Origin: a virus
Lineage: Duplodnaviria; Caudoviricetes
DNA: 64,000 nt
Reading direction: 5' to 3' (one strand)
Virus record (IMG/VR): IMGVR_UViG_3300031949_000031
Location: 312 to 64,311 of that record
The notes beneath the pieces were generated by a model that saw only the letters and a program-made list of their open reading frames with translations, ran no database searches and had not been told where the DNA came from. The first letter of the stretch is position 1. Each line of letters opens with the position of its first letter. Shown piece after piece: positions 1 through 10,159 of this stretch. A program made the translations under genes and the position numbers.

Positions 1-114
1 ACGGCATAAAATGCCGCGTTGGTCCGGGTCGTAATGTATATAGTCATCTGTTTGTTCTGGATAAACTTGGCCGCAACTTTCACATCGTTTTTGCTCTTTC
101 GTTTCCATGTTCAT
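1..114 (-). CDS. Small early protein, truncated by window edge (MNMETKEQKRCESCG...)
   Basis: Manual translation; AGGAGA RBS; same METK start as the other cassette genes. Confidence 0.6.
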   Translation of the reverse strand, partial: MNMETKEQKRCESCGQVYPEQTDDYIHYDPDQRGILCR

Positions 115-202
115 TCTCCTTTCAAGCGGTTACGGATTGTAACCGATTCAAAAAGCCCCCAGGCACGCGCCAAGGGGCGGGGTTAAAAATGCTCAATCAT
201 CG

Positions 203-484
203 TCATAACGATAATCCGGCCGTCTGGAACATAGCAGATAGGCCAACGCAGCATTTCGGGAATGATCGAGCATCGTGCCAATCGTCATCGTCCAAAGAAA
301 TTTCCTCCGGATATGCTGGTGTGCGGGGGTGATTCAACAGGAGCTGACCATCGGCTGTTTGTACCAGTTTTGCGTTATACCAGCAACGCATACGGTCGCC
401 GCTAGCGCCGTAATATGTGGTAAATCGTTCGGCTAATACCGTAACGGCCACGGTGCTCCCATTGTATTTGATTTTCGTTTCCAT
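203..484 (-). CDS. Small early hypothetical protein (cassette array)
   Basis: 93-aa ORF, first gene behind the minus-strand promoter, METK start. Confidence 0.75.
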   Translation of the reverse strand: METKIKYNGSTVAVTVLAERFTTYYGASGDRMRCWYNAKLVQTADGQLLLNHPRTPAYPEEISLDDDDWHDARSFPKCCVGLSAMFQTAGLSL

Positions 485-720
485 TTTAACCCTTTCGATT
501 TGCCCTCGCGGGCGACCCTATTGAGTTGCTCAAACTACTAATCTATATATACGGTCATATTAGATTGTTGTCAACAGTTTTTTTGGAGATTTTGCAAAAA
601 TATCTGCAAAGCTCGGATTGCAGCGCAGATGTGTTAGCGTTTAAGTGATTTTGTCCTGATTGCCGATATTGGGGGCATGGCTAAAAAGAAACGTGAAACT
701 GAAACTGAGGACCTGACGGG
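477..720. repeat. Imperfect direct repeat, left copy (matches 63713-64000)
   Basis: Aligned by eye: near identical apart from several substitutions and a ~40-bp indel. Confidence 0.95.
546..574 (-). promoter_or_regulatory. Sigma70-type promoter with overlapping inverted repeat
   Basis: Minus strand TTGACA-N17-TATATA; AATCTA...TAGATT dyad. Confidence 0.7.
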
Positions 721-838
721 GAAACCTATGGGGGGGGATAATAGGGGGGGGAAGGGAAGGGGGAGTGTCAGAGAGAGAAAACTTACGAAACTTGCATACC
801 GTTCAAGTAAGTGATTGCCAAAAGTCGAAAACAGTCGC

Positions 839-1294
839 ATGAGTGAAACTGAACAGAACCGTACCGCGCAAGAGGAGCCACATCGAGGCCCAGGGAGGCC
901 GCTGAAATTCACGGACCCAGCCGAATTCGAGAGGAAAGTCGGGGAGTATTTCACTTGGGCGGCAGAGAACGACAAGCCGTTAACCATTGAGAGATTGTGT
1001 GTTTTCCTGGATTGCACAAAGCCCTGCCTGTACGACACAATGCGGCGAGGGGGCGGGTTTTCTGACTCGATTGAAAAAGCGGTGCAAAAGATCGAGGCAT
1101 CCAAAGCGGAACGCCTCCAGACTCAGGCGGCGGTAGCCGGCACAATCTTCGACCTCAAAAACAATCACGGATGGAAGGACCAGAAGGATATCGTATCCGA
1201 CGGCAAGCCGCTCCAGGGGTCAACCATCAACATCATCGCCCCTGCGGGGGCCAAGGAAGTCGTGAATGGCGTGGGACCTGAAGTTAACACCTAA
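839..1294 (+). CDS. terS: Terminase small subunit (P22 gp3-like)
   Basis: GRPLKF motif, GTIFDLKNNHGWKD motif, position upstream of terL. Confidence 0.9.
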   Translation: MSETEQNRTAQEEPHRGPGRPLKFTDPAEFERKVGEYFTWAAENDKPLTIERLCVFLDCTKPCLYDTMRRGGGFSDSIEKAVQKIEASKAERLQTQAAVAGTIFDLKNNHGWKDQKDIVSDGKPLQGSTINIIAPAGAKEVVNGVGPEVNT

Positions 1295-2660
1295 GCAATG
1301 GACGGCCTTGGGCGCCTTGGCAGACCCTACCGTGGTCGATGTGATGTACGGCGGGGCTAAGGGGGGCGGCAAGAGCTACTTCCTGTGCGCCTGGACCTTC
1401 ATGGCGGCCATTGCGATTGCCGACAAATACGGCCTTCAGCCCTGCGAACACCCCTTGCACGTAGGCTGGATGGGCCGAAAGCAGGCCACGGACTTCACCA
1501 TGACCACATTGCAGACGTGGTACAACGTCATTCCATCTGGCGATTACATCGTCCGGGGGGGCACAGAAAAGCATCCCAGGCACATCCTGATTCAGGGCCG
1601 AGTTGCCATCGACTTCGGGGGTCTGGACCGCACCGAGGATATCAACAAGTTCAATTCCGCCGAGTACGTGATTATCTGTCTGGACCAGGCCGAGGAGACT
1701 ACCCGCGACGAGGTATCGGTCTTGCGAGCATCTCGCCGGCTGACCATCAACGGGCAGGCGCCGAGGTACAAGGGCTTATTCACGGCCAATCCCGCGAACT
1801 GCTGGCTCAAGGACGATTTTATCAGCGACCCGGCGCCGTACAGACGATTCATCCAGGCCCTGCCGACAGATAACCCCCATCTTCCGGGTACTTATGTGGC
1901 GATGCTCAAGGATTCATTCGGCCACCGGCCAGAACTCCTCGAAGCCTATCTGCATGGCTCTTGGAACCTCGCCGACAGCGTGGATCAAGTCCTGCGGGCG
2001 ATCTGGTTGGAACAAGCAGCCAGTTTCCGGCGGATACCCTTCCAAGAAAAGACCCGCAAGTACATCACCTGCGACGTGGCGAGGTATGGGGATAACGAGA
2101 CCGTCTGCTACTACATGGAGGACACAGACGTCAAAGATGAGAAGATTTACGGGCAGCGGGGTATTGACTACACCGTCAATGTGTTGACGGCCTGGAGCCG
2201 TGAGAAACAGGGATGCCCGGTGATCGTTGACGAGGGCGGCGTGGGCGGCGGCGTGGTGGACTTGCTCGGGCCTAACGGCGTGAACGTCATTGCAGCCAAT
2301 TCCGCCGTCAAGCCGGAAGCGACCAACACGATGTATTCCTATGGCAACCGACGAGCAGAGGTATGGGACTACGCGGCACGGCAATTCTCTCGCGGGGAAG
2401 TAGAGCTGCACCACACCGACCCGATGCTCCGAAAGCAACTCTGCACGCCTCGGTATAAGTACCGCAATGGTCGAATCTACATCGAGAGCAAAGAGGAAAT
2501 CACCAAACGACTCGGCCAAGGCCAGAGTCCCGATAGGGCTGACGCCTACGTCAACGGTTTGTATTACGGTCGCCATATCAGTGCGACAGACAAGCTCGGC
2601 ATGATCGAGGCCGGCAGCAGTGCAGCGAAGCAGATGGTCCCGGACATGATAGGGATATAA
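1266..2660 (+). CDS. terL: Terminase large subunit
   Basis: Walker A YGGAKGGGKS, Walker B variant CLDQAEE, TANP motif, nuclease DVARYGDN and SPDRADA. Confidence 0.95.
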   Translation: MAWDLKLTPKQWTALGALADPTVVDVMYGGAKGGGKSYFLCAWTFMAAIAIADKYGLQPCEHPLHVGWMGRKQATDFTMTTLQTWYNVIPSGDYIVRGGTEKHPRHILIQGRVAIDFGGLDRTEDINKFNSAEYVIICLDQAEETTRDEVSVLRASRRLTINGQAPRYKGLFTANPANCWLKDDFISDPAPYRRFIQALPTDNPHLPGTYVAMLKDSFGHRPELLEAYLHGSWNLADSVDQVLRAIWLEQAASFRRIPFQEKTRKYITCDVARYGDNETVCYYMEDTDVKDEKIYGQRGIDYTVNVLTAWSREKQGCPVIVDEGGVGGGVVDLLGPNGVNVIAANSAVKPEATNTMYSYGNRRAEVWDYAARQFSRGEVELHHTDPMLRKQLCTPRYKYRNGRIYIESKEEITKRLGQGQSPDRADAYVNGLYYGRHISATDKLGMIEAGSSAAKQMVPDMIGI

Positions 2661-2704
2661 ATGGAGGCAAACACTAACCGAATACAATAGCCAAAAGAAA
2701 GTTC

Positions 2705-2796
2705 AGGCAGTAGGCGGAGTAGCTACCGCTTAGTGCTATACCACGAAACGCCTGTATAGAGGCCGTAAGGGTAAAACCTTGCGGCCTTTTTCTTTT
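2705..2796 (+). promoter_or_regulatory. Three-hairpin structured RNA element ending in an intrinsic terminator (copy 1)
   Basis: GGCGGAGTAGCTACCGC hairpin, CTATAC/GTATAG hairpin, AGGCCGTAAGG/CCTTGCGGCCT + T tract; second copy at 8516. Confidence 0.75.
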
Positions 2797-2813
2797 GGCT
2801 TGGAAAGATAGAC

Positions 2814-4856
2814 ATGGCAAAGCTCACAGACACCGAAATCACCACGAAATGCCTGAAATTTGTTCGAGATGCGCAGCAGCACACGGTACGCAGGGATCAG
2901 CGGGAGCGGGCCTTGACGTACCAGGACTATTTTCGGGGCGGCAAACATCAATGGACGCAGGAGGAGTACGATACCTACAAGAGTCGCGGCGTCGAACCCA
3001 TAACGATCAACCGTTGCAAGCCTGTGATGAAGGGCCTTCTCGGCATGTACTTGCAAGCCAAACAGGACGTCAGAGCCAGGCCGAGGCGCAATGGCAGCTC
3101 CACCGTGGCCCAGGTCTGGACAGAGGTGATGAAACATACGCAGGACGTGAGCTATGCCGACTACGTCTATGCCCAGGTGTTTCTGCGGGGCGGCGTCGAT
3201 ACCGAAGCCTACCTGAAACTTGAGATCGACCCCATAGCCAATGTCAACGGCCAGCCCGTCATCAAGCCGCTATCGCTGTGGGACGTGGAGGTGGACCGCA
3301 ACGCGATCGAGTACAACCTGAACGATTCGGCGGCCTACGTCATCGAGTCGCAGTGGAAGGACAAGGACGAGATCGACGCCATGTACCCCGACCGCGACCA
3401 GGAGATTGCTACCGCCGTCTCAGTCATGGACGATCTCGAAGGACAAAAGGGCTCGGACCGCCTGGTGACGTGGCTGACGCAGAGCGGCGATATCGCCGGC
3501 GACGATGCGGAGTTCGAGGATAACCAAATCCCCGACGTGGACCTCAAGCGCCAGTACCGCTACAAGGTCAAGCGCGTCTTTTGGAAAGAGACTGTGCCCG
3601 CAATGATCGTAGGGGACCGGCAGAGTCGCAGCATGGCTATCGTCAAGGATGAAAAGCTCATCGCCAAGCTCAAGCGAAAAGCCGGCAAATCCACGCGCTA
3701 CGCGATCACGCTATGGCCGACGAAGGTCTTACATGAGACCATCATGTTAGGCGAGTACATGTTGGAGGATAAGCCCGACCCACTGGGGCCGGGTATCTCG
3801 GATTACCCCATCGTTCGGTATTGCCCAATGTGGGACGAGGGCTACGCGGTCGGTGCCCTGGATGACATTACGTCGCTGAACAAAGAAGAGAATATCCATC
3901 GCACACAGACGATCAGGTTGCTCAATCAGACGGCCAACAGCGGATGGGTTGTCGGTTCGGCAGGCAATGAGGAATGGAACCGCGTGTTGAGGAATTTCGG
4001 GTCCGTGCCGGGTATTCTCATACCCAAAGACAAGTTCGGGAATTCCGTCGAACGTATCGTGCCCAACCAACTCTCGCAGGGTCACTTCATGCTGGGCCAG
4101 CAGTTCGAGTTGGATATCAAGCGGGTATCGGGCGTGGACGATGCCACGCAGGGCTACAGCACCAGCCAAACGGAATCCGGTCGCGCGATAGGCTTGAAGC
4201 AGCAAAACAACCGCAGCAGTGCCGAGTGCTTCTTCGATAACTTCTATCGCACGTTGGAAATCTTAGGCAACCTGCTCCTGGCGGTCAATATCGCCAACGA
4301 CTACTACAGTGACGAGGAGATTAGGGCGATTGTCGATGAGTCTTCGATGCTCGATAGCAAGCTCCTGGCACAAGCGAAAGCGAAGTTCACCGCGACGATA
4401 GGCTCGGACCTGCCGCAGCCGCAACCGTTGCCGCCGATGAATCCACAAATGATGTTGGGTATCAAGCCGGCGGACAGGGGCCGAGTCCTCCAGACGATGC
4501 AGAAGGGTGTTGAGGGGGCCACGCAGTACATGAAAGCCTACCCGCAGCTCGCCGCGTCCTATGAGGAGGTCATACGCGAGGAGGCCAAAGAGATGCTGCT
4601 GGTAGAGTTGAGGGCCGACAAGGGCATGTACGGCGTCAAGGTCACGGTCTCGCCTTCGGCGCCCACGGAACGCCTGACGCAGTTCCTGCAGATGGACGCC
4701 CTGATGTCGAAGTACGGCAATATCATTCCGCCCGAATTGTTCATCGACCTGACGGACTTGAAAAACAAGGATGAAATCAAGGCCGCAATCTCATCGAATC
4801 GGCAGGCGCAGATGCAGCCGCCGATGCAGGCCCGGCCGCAGGTGAGGGCGGCATGA
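2814..4856 (+). CDS. Portal protein (P22-like)
   Basis: 680 aa after terL; QWT..E, PITINRCKP and ESGRAI motifs. Confidence 0.9.
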   Translation: MAKLTDTEITTKCLKFVRDAQQHTVRRDQRERALTYQDYFRGGKHQWTQEEYDTYKSRGVEPITINRCKPVMKGLLGMYLQAKQDVRARPRRNGSSTVAQVWTEVMKHTQDVSYADYVYAQVFLRGGVDTEAYLKLEIDPIANVNGQPVIKPLSLWDVEVDRNAIEYNLNDSAAYVIESQWKDKDEIDAMYPDRDQEIATAVSVMDDLEGQKGSDRLVTWLTQSGDIAGDDAEFEDNQIPDVDLKRQYRYKVKRVFWKETVPAMIVGDRQSRSMAIVKDEKLIAKLKRKAGKSTRYAITLWPTKVLHETIMLGEYMLEDKPDPLGPGISDYPIVRYCPMWDEGYAVGALDDITSLNKEENIHRTQTIRLLNQTANSGWVVGSAGNEEWNRVLRNFGSVPGILIPKDKFGNSVERIVPNQLSQGHFMLGQQFELDIKRVSGVDDATQGYSTSQTESGRAIGLKQQNNRSSAECFFDNFYRTLEILGNLLLAVNIANDYYSDEEIRAIVDESSMLDSKLLAQAKAKFTATIGSDLPQPQPLPPMNPQMMLGIKPADRGRVLQTMQKGVEGATQYMKAYPQLAASYEEVIREEAKEMLLVELRADKGMYGVKVTVSPSAPTERLTQFLQMDALMSKYGNIIPPELFIDLTDLKNKDEIKAAISSNRQAQMQPPMQARPQVRAA

Positions 4857-5202
4857 CACTTGAAAAAGATTTGGACCATTTATGCAAAATGCGATGCTCA
4901 AAACCTGGAGCATTTGCTCGTCGCGCCATAAAAATACTTCGCAAACACAAATACAAACCATTGTTCAGGCCAAACAAATCCTGATACATATAAGCTCGAC
5001 CTTAAAGAAAGGAAGCTCATATGAACCAACCACAGACGCGATCAGAATTTCGACAGCATTGTCTTGCCAAATTCGGCCCACCTCCAGAGGCCAAATGTAT
5101 GGTGGACTCAAACGGCACATGGCGCATCAATACCAACACGCCTGAAGTGCAAACGTATTTTGCCGTGGTTCGCCGTGAACTTAACGAAAGGAAGCTCACA
5201 GA

Positions 5203-6081
5203 ATGAACCGCATCAAAGCAACCTGGATGCTAAATCCCAACATCGGCGACGCCTTGACGCCGTGGCTCATCGAGAAGATCACCGGCCAGATGCCGCTCTA
5301 CGTGCCGTTCGACGTGCCATATCCCAAGTTCATGGTTACAGGTTCAGTGCTCAATCACGCTTCGGATTACACGACGGTCTGGGGGGCGGGCTATGCCAAC
5401 TTCGAGGATTGCATGAACGCCAAACCTGTCATCAAGGCCGTGCGAGGGCCGGTAACAAAAGCGCGAGTTGAGTTTCAGGCGGGGATTCCCGTACCGTGCG
5501 TAGGCGATCCGGCACTGCTGATGCCGAGATTCTATGATCCACGGACAGCCGGCAGAGATCAGCACTACAAGGTTGGCTTCATCCCGCACTACGTTCACCA
5601 GCAGGAAACTTCAACATGGCTCAATGGCCGCGACGATATCAAGTTCATCAACGTATTGGATGCGCCGGAGCGATTCGTCTGGAATCTTCTGGAGTGCGAT
5701 GCAGTCTTTTCCTCGTCTCTGCACGGCTTGGTTATCGCCGACGCCTATGGTGTGCCGCGTGCCTGGTACAACGGGACGATCCAGTTAGGCGGCGACGGGG
5801 CGAAGTTCGCCGACTACTTCATGCTGGTTCACGGCCAAGAGAAGATGTCGCCGGCCCGTCCCCATATCGAGGAATTGCCGAAAGACGTGAACGATCTTTA
5901 CAAGCTGGCGATGCAGAATGAGCCGCCCGATGTCAAGGCGATCTGCGATGCCCTGTGGGACGCCTGCCCGTTCAAACCGCCCGTGCAGCAGGAACACAAG
6001 CTCGACAAGCCCTTGCCGCCGGTAGTTCCCGGCCAGCCGCTTGCCCAGGAAGATGATATCGAGGAGATCAAGCCGAAATGA
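5203..6081 (+). CDS. Polysaccharide pyruvyl transferase family protein (ExoV-like)
   Basis: NIGDAL, AVRGP, GDPALL, FIPHY, SSSLHGLVIADAYGVP motifs. Confidence 0.85.
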   Translation: MNRIKATWMLNPNIGDALTPWLIEKITGQMPLYVPFDVPYPKFMVTGSVLNHASDYTTVWGAGYANFEDCMNAKPVIKAVRGPVTKARVEFQAGIPVPCVGDPALLMPRFYDPRTAGRDQHYKVGFIPHYVHQQETSTWLNGRDDIKFINVLDAPERFVWNLLECDAVFSSSLHGLVIADAYGVPRAWYNGTIQLGGDGAKFADYFMLVHGQEKMSPARPHIEELPKDVNDLYKLAMQNEPPDVKAICDALWDACPFKPPVQQEHKLDKPLPPVVPGQPLAQEDDIEEIKPK

Positions 6082-6635
6082 GCGACGTGAAACTCTCCAT
6101 CCTGATACTGACGATACCGAGCCGTGCGGACAAACTCGAACGACTGATGAAGATTCTCAGACAGCAGATACCCGTCGATGGCTCCGTGGAGCTTATCACC
6201 AAAGAGAATCGTGCTATCCCCGAAGGCGGCCCGACGATAGGTGAGAACCGTAACGCGGCGCTCGCCGATGCCATAGGCGATTACGTATGCTTCATCGACG
6301 ATGACGACGTTGTATGTGATACGTACATCGCGGAGATTATCAAGGCGACGGCCAGTTGCCCCGACGTGGTCGGCCTCAAGGGTCACTATATTTTAGGCGG
6401 CAACAAACCGGAGCTTTTCGTCCACTCGATTCAGTACACCGAGTGGAAGACGGTCGATGGGGTGCATCAGCGATGCCCGAATCACCTCAATGCCGTCAAG
6501 CGCGAGCTGGCCTTGCAGGTCGGCTTCACGCCGAAGAACCACGGCGAGGACTGCGACTACTCGATGGCGCTGCGGCCGTTGCTCAAGACAGAAGTGATGC
6601 CAGAACCCATTCTATATTTCTATCTGAAGACCTAA
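6078..6635 (+). CDS. Glycosyltransferase family 2 (GT-A)
   Basis: LSILILT, RNAAL, YVCFIDDDD, GED motifs. Confidence 0.85.
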   Translation: MSDVKLSILILTIPSRADKLERLMKILRQQIPVDGSVELITKENRAIPEGGPTIGENRNAALADAIGDYVCFIDDDDVVCDTYIAEIIKATASCPDVVGLKGHYILGGNKPELFVHSIQYTEWKTVDGVHQRCPNHLNAVKRELALQVGFTPKNHGEDCDYSMALRPLLKTEVMPEPILYFYLKT

Positions 6636-6636
6636 A

Positions 6637-7473
6637 ATGAATAAAGTAACCGCTATGACAGTAACATACGATCAACTTATCGCTGCGTTAAATGAAGCAC
6701 AACACTTCACCGGCGATGTGATTTCATTCAAGATACCTGCGCAATATCTCGACGGCCCTATCGTTGAGTTGCATATCACCGAACTTCCAAAACCAAGCAC
6801 ATGCCAAACAGGAAAAGAAGAATTAGGTACTGTCATCAATATAAAGCGTTTCAATCCGTATGATGCGGTGTGGCCGAATGGTGTCATCTCGCCGGATAAC
6901 AAGTACGATCCCGCGAACGCTTGGATAGAAACAATCCGGGGGCGACAGCAAATCACTCCTGGGATGTGGATTCTCACGGATATATCAGGGAAACGCGACA
7001 TTATGCCCGACAGCGAGAATAGAAAGGATATAACAATGGGCCGGTGTTTTTGTGGTAGCATTTCTGGCGAAGATGGGCTTTGTTGGTATCATAGAGATGG
7101 AATCAAACTCAATAAGGATGAAAAACGAAAAAAAGAACTGACAGTACATTTCCTATATGATAATTTGCCTTGTGAGGCCCTTCAAATCACCCAGGAGATA
7201 TTAGCATTCAATGGTTGGGTATTGACTGATTGGTTTCATAATCAATTAACAGGAATTTTCTCGAATACGATCAATAAAGAATTCGTCGAAAAAACATATT
7301 CTGAATGGCGTGATAAGGACAAAGGAACAAAGCTATCCAAAAAACTTGGATACTGGATGGTTCGTCTTCCTGAATACAAAGCTATACTCTCCCAAGCAGA
7401 GTTTGATAATCTTTTGTCTCAGTCAAATGTTTCTATAGTACATAATGATTTGAAGACACAAGACAATGGCTGA
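6637..7473 (+). CDS. Hypothetical protein (AT-rich)
   Basis: 278-aa ORF abutting both neighbours. Confidence 0.65.
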   Translation: MNKVTAMTVTYDQLIAALNEAQHFTGDVISFKIPAQYLDGPIVELHITELPKPSTCQTGKEELGTVINIKRFNPYDAVWPNGVISPDNKYDPANAWIETIRGRQQITPGMWILTDISGKRDIMPDSENRKDITMGRCFCGSISGEDGLCWYHRDGIKLNKDEKRKKELTVHFLYDNLPCEALQITQEILAFNGWVLTDWFHNQLTGIFSNTINKEFVEKTYSEWRDKDKGTKLSKKLGYWMVRLPEYKAILSQAEFDNLLSQSNVSIVHNDLKTQDNG

Positions 7474-7699
7474 TTGCACGCACGACAACTGGACAGTGGT
7501 AGGCAATGAGTACATCGGAAATTGTACCTGCACCGATTGTGGCGTAGAATTCAATCTCGCCACCGCCTTCAACAGATTGCGAGAAAGGATGCTTGAGACT
7601 ATGGCTCAATACACCCCCAGCAACGTCCCGAAGGCGTACCCGAAGATCAAGGGCCAGCAGGCCAAGCGTAAGACACCCGACAAGAAGCGGCGCAAGTAG
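7466..7699 (+). CDS. Small Cys-rich hypothetical protein
   Basis: ORF overlapping the upstream stop; CxxC. Confidence 0.6.
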   Translation: MADCTHDNWTVVGNEYIGNCTCTDCGVEFNLATAFNRLRERMLETMAQYTPSNVPKAYPKIKGQQAKRKTPDKKRRK

Positions 7700-7883
7700 A
7701 AGGGAAAGTAATGCGATTATTCTGCAGGATACTTGGGCATTGTTTCGCCTTCGAGAAATATGAGTTACTTTTTCGATGCCCTGAACCACCCGGATATGGC
7801 GCCCTTATCTGGGTAGTCAAATGCCGACGATGCGGAATACAACGCAAAATGAGAAGGAGCGATAGATAGTAAAGGAGAATCCC

Positions 7884-8063
7884 ATGCCGAAAGGCTACGA
7901 GCACATGAGAGACAAATTCATGCAGGAAGGCATGAGCGAGGATGCAGCCCAGGCGAAAGCGGCACGCATCTGGAACGCCGAACACCCCGGTAATCCCGTG
8001 ACCGGCAAGCATCGCGGCAAGAAGAAGACGATGTCCAGCGGGAAGATGACCCGGACGAAATAG
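7884..8063 (+). CDS. Small basic protein (MPKGYEHMRDKF..., 59 aa, below ORF-track cutoff)
   Basis: Manual translation; strong AAAGGAGA RBS. Confidence 0.75.
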   Translation: MPKGYEHMRDKFMQEGMSEDAAQAKAARIWNAEHPGNPVTGKHRGKKKTMSSGKMTRTK

Positions 8064-8072
8064 GGTGACAAT

Positions 8073-8480
8073 ATGCTTAGACGCACGTTTCTACAATGGT
8101 TGAGTTCAAGCCCGCTGGGGCTCCTGGTGGGCAAGACTGAGACGCCGGCGGCGGTGATTGGGAACAAGACAGGTGCGCCGCTAACATGGCAGAACACCGG
8201 CCATAAGGTCGTCAGGATATGGTGGGATGGTCGATGGTGGCGTTCATTTGGTAGTCGAATCTCCTGGACGGAGCGTCGCGGTATCTGGTTGGAATTGCCC
8301 AACCGAACTGAGTTCACGGAATTCAATGTGCTGCCTACATTGGACTGGTGCGCTGATATGTGCATCTGGAAGGATAGCCTTGTCTGGATGGGCAGGTATG
8401 GAGCTATGTGGCGCATCGAGCGAGTCAATGATGCCTTGTTGTACCGGTTCACCAAGATAGATTTACGAGACATTGGATGA
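8073..8480 (+). CDS. Hypothetical protein with Tat-like RRTFL N-terminus
   Basis: GGTGA RBS; MLRRTFLQ. Confidence 0.55.
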   Translation: MLRRTFLQWLSSSPLGLLVGKTETPAAVIGNKTGAPLTWQNTGHKVVRIWWDGRWWRSFGSRISWTERRGIWLELPNRTEFTEFNVLPTLDWCADMCIWKDSLVWMGRYGAMWRIERVNDALLYRFTKIDLRDIG

Positions 8481-8515
8481 CGCGAACCAAGTAAGCGAAC
8501 AACGCCAGAAGACAT

Positions 8516-8608
8516 AGGCACAGGCGGAGTAGCTACCGCCGAGTGCTATCACCACGCAGCCTGTGATAGAGGCCGTAGGGTCGAAAGACTTTGCGGCCTC
8601 TTTCTTTT
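8516..8608 (+). promoter_or_regulatory. Three-hairpin structured RNA element with terminator (copy 2)
   Basis: Diverged copy of 2705-2796 with pairing preserved. Confidence 0.75.
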
Positions 8609-8629
8609 GGCAATGAAGGGGTCAGGAAA

Positions 8630-9883
8630 TTGAGATTCTTGTTCAAGTATCCTACGAGACAAAGGCCCGAATGGTTTCGCCAGACTTTAGCGGCCTACTA
8701 CAGCAGGCTCAGCGGCGTTCACGAGTACCGCTTCGTGATCACGATGGACATTGATGATGATACGATGATATTTAATCAAGGCATGGGTGCGTTTTTGAGT
8801 TCCCACCAAAATCTCTCATGGCATTATGGCAACCATAAGAGCAAGATCGAGGCGTGCAACGCCGGTGTGCCCGACGAGGACTGGGACATCCTCGTGCTGG
8901 TCTCGGATGATATGACGCCCATCGTGACGTGCTTCGACGACATCATCGCCCGCGATATGCAGCAGCACTTTCCTCAGTTCGACGGCGTCCTGCACTACAA
9001 CGATGGCAAGGTCGGCAACAAATTGATGACGCTCTCGGTCTTAGGCCGCGAGTTCTACAAGAAGGTCGGGTTCGTCTATTGGCCGGCGTATCGGGGGACC
9101 TGGTGCGACAACGATACGATGGAGACGGCCCAGCAGTGGGGCAAATACTGGTACAGCGATCAGACCATCATTCGCCACGACTGGCAACAGCACGAGAAAT
9201 ACAAGGGCGATGCGGTCTACCAGAAGGGCGAATCAAGTTATCCAGCCGACAAACTCATCTATGAATGGCGCAAGGGCCGCAAATTCCCCGTGTCCTTCTC
9301 ACAGAACGATGAGGACTGGCCTATCCGCCGCTACTTCAAAGACAATTTCCACGGCAGGTTCCTGGATATCGGGGCCGGGGACGGCGTGACCTTCAGCAAC
9401 ACCAAGATTCTCTACGACATGGGCTGGGACGGTGTGGCGATGGAGCCGTCACCGTCGCTCTTGGGCGCTCTTGAGCTAAACATGCACCCCGGCAGGGTCA
9501 AGACGATTCGCGGCGCGTTAGCTACGCATGGCGGCGGTATCGACTTCTACCACGCCAGGGGCGACTTCATCTCGACGACGAACACGGCCCACCGCGACAA
9601 GTGGGCAACTTGCGCCCACGTACCCTATGAGACTCTCAGCGTGACGGCTCTGACGTGGGACGATATTCTCGCTCAACATGGTTATGACTTCGATTTCCTC
9701 AACCTCGACGTGGAAGGCGAGAACATCGCGCTGTTCAAACTCATCCCGGCGGAGCTGCTCAACAGGCTCAAGATGGTCTGTGTGGAATACGACGGTAATC
9801 CGGGAGCCGTCAATGAGATATGCCAGCCTTACGGCTTTAGGCAGATACACAGCACGTCAGAGAATGTGATTCTTGCGAGGTGA
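8630..9883 (+). CDS. GT-A glycosyltransferase fused to FkbM-family methyltransferase
   Basis: N-terminal LVSDD and WCDN; C-terminal SQNDED, FLDIGAGDG..FSNT, LDVEGE. Confidence 0.85.
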   Translation: MRFLFKYPTRQRPEWFRQTLAAYYSRLSGVHEYRFVITMDIDDDTMIFNQGMGAFLSSHQNLSWHYGNHKSKIEACNAGVPDEDWDILVLVSDDMTPIVTCFDDIIARDMQQHFPQFDGVLHYNDGKVGNKLMTLSVLGREFYKKVGFVYWPAYRGTWCDNDTMETAQQWGKYWYSDQTIIRHDWQQHEKYKGDAVYQKGESSYPADKLIYEWRKGRKFPVSFSQNDEDWPIRRYFKDNFHGRFLDIGAGDGVTFSNTKILYDMGWDGVAMEPSPSLLGALELNMHPGRVKTIRGALATHGGGIDFYHARGDFISTTNTAHRDKWATCAHVPYETLSVTALTWDDILAQHGYDFDFLNLDVEGENIALFKLIPAELLNRLKMVCVEYDGNPGAVNEICQPYGFRQIHSTSENVILAR

Positions 9884-9886
9884 TAT

Positions 9887-10159
9887 ATGGAAGTTGAAGT
9901 CTTTGATAGGTCCAAATCGGGTGCGATGATGACCATGCAGTTACTTCGCGTCAGTTGTCCAAAGTGCCGCCAACCTGTTGAGTTTGTCTTGAGTGACGAA
10001 GACCGGCAATACAAGGCAGACGCGAATTACTACAAGGGACAATGCGAACAACTGCAAAACAAAGTGCGCCGCCTAAATGCGGTTATCTCAACTGTTTTTG
10101 CTCAAACTGATAGTCTTTCTAAAAAGGTTCGTGCTGCCGCGAGCATCCAAGAGGCATAA
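9887..10159 (+). CDS. Hypothetical protein (CxxC + coiled coil)
   Basis: GAGGTGAT RBS; operon packing. Confidence 0.65.
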   Translation: MEVEVFDRSKSGAMMTMQLLRVSCPKCRQPVEFVLSDEDRQYKADANYYKGQCEQLQNKVRRLNAVISTVFAQTDSLSKKVRAAASIQEA

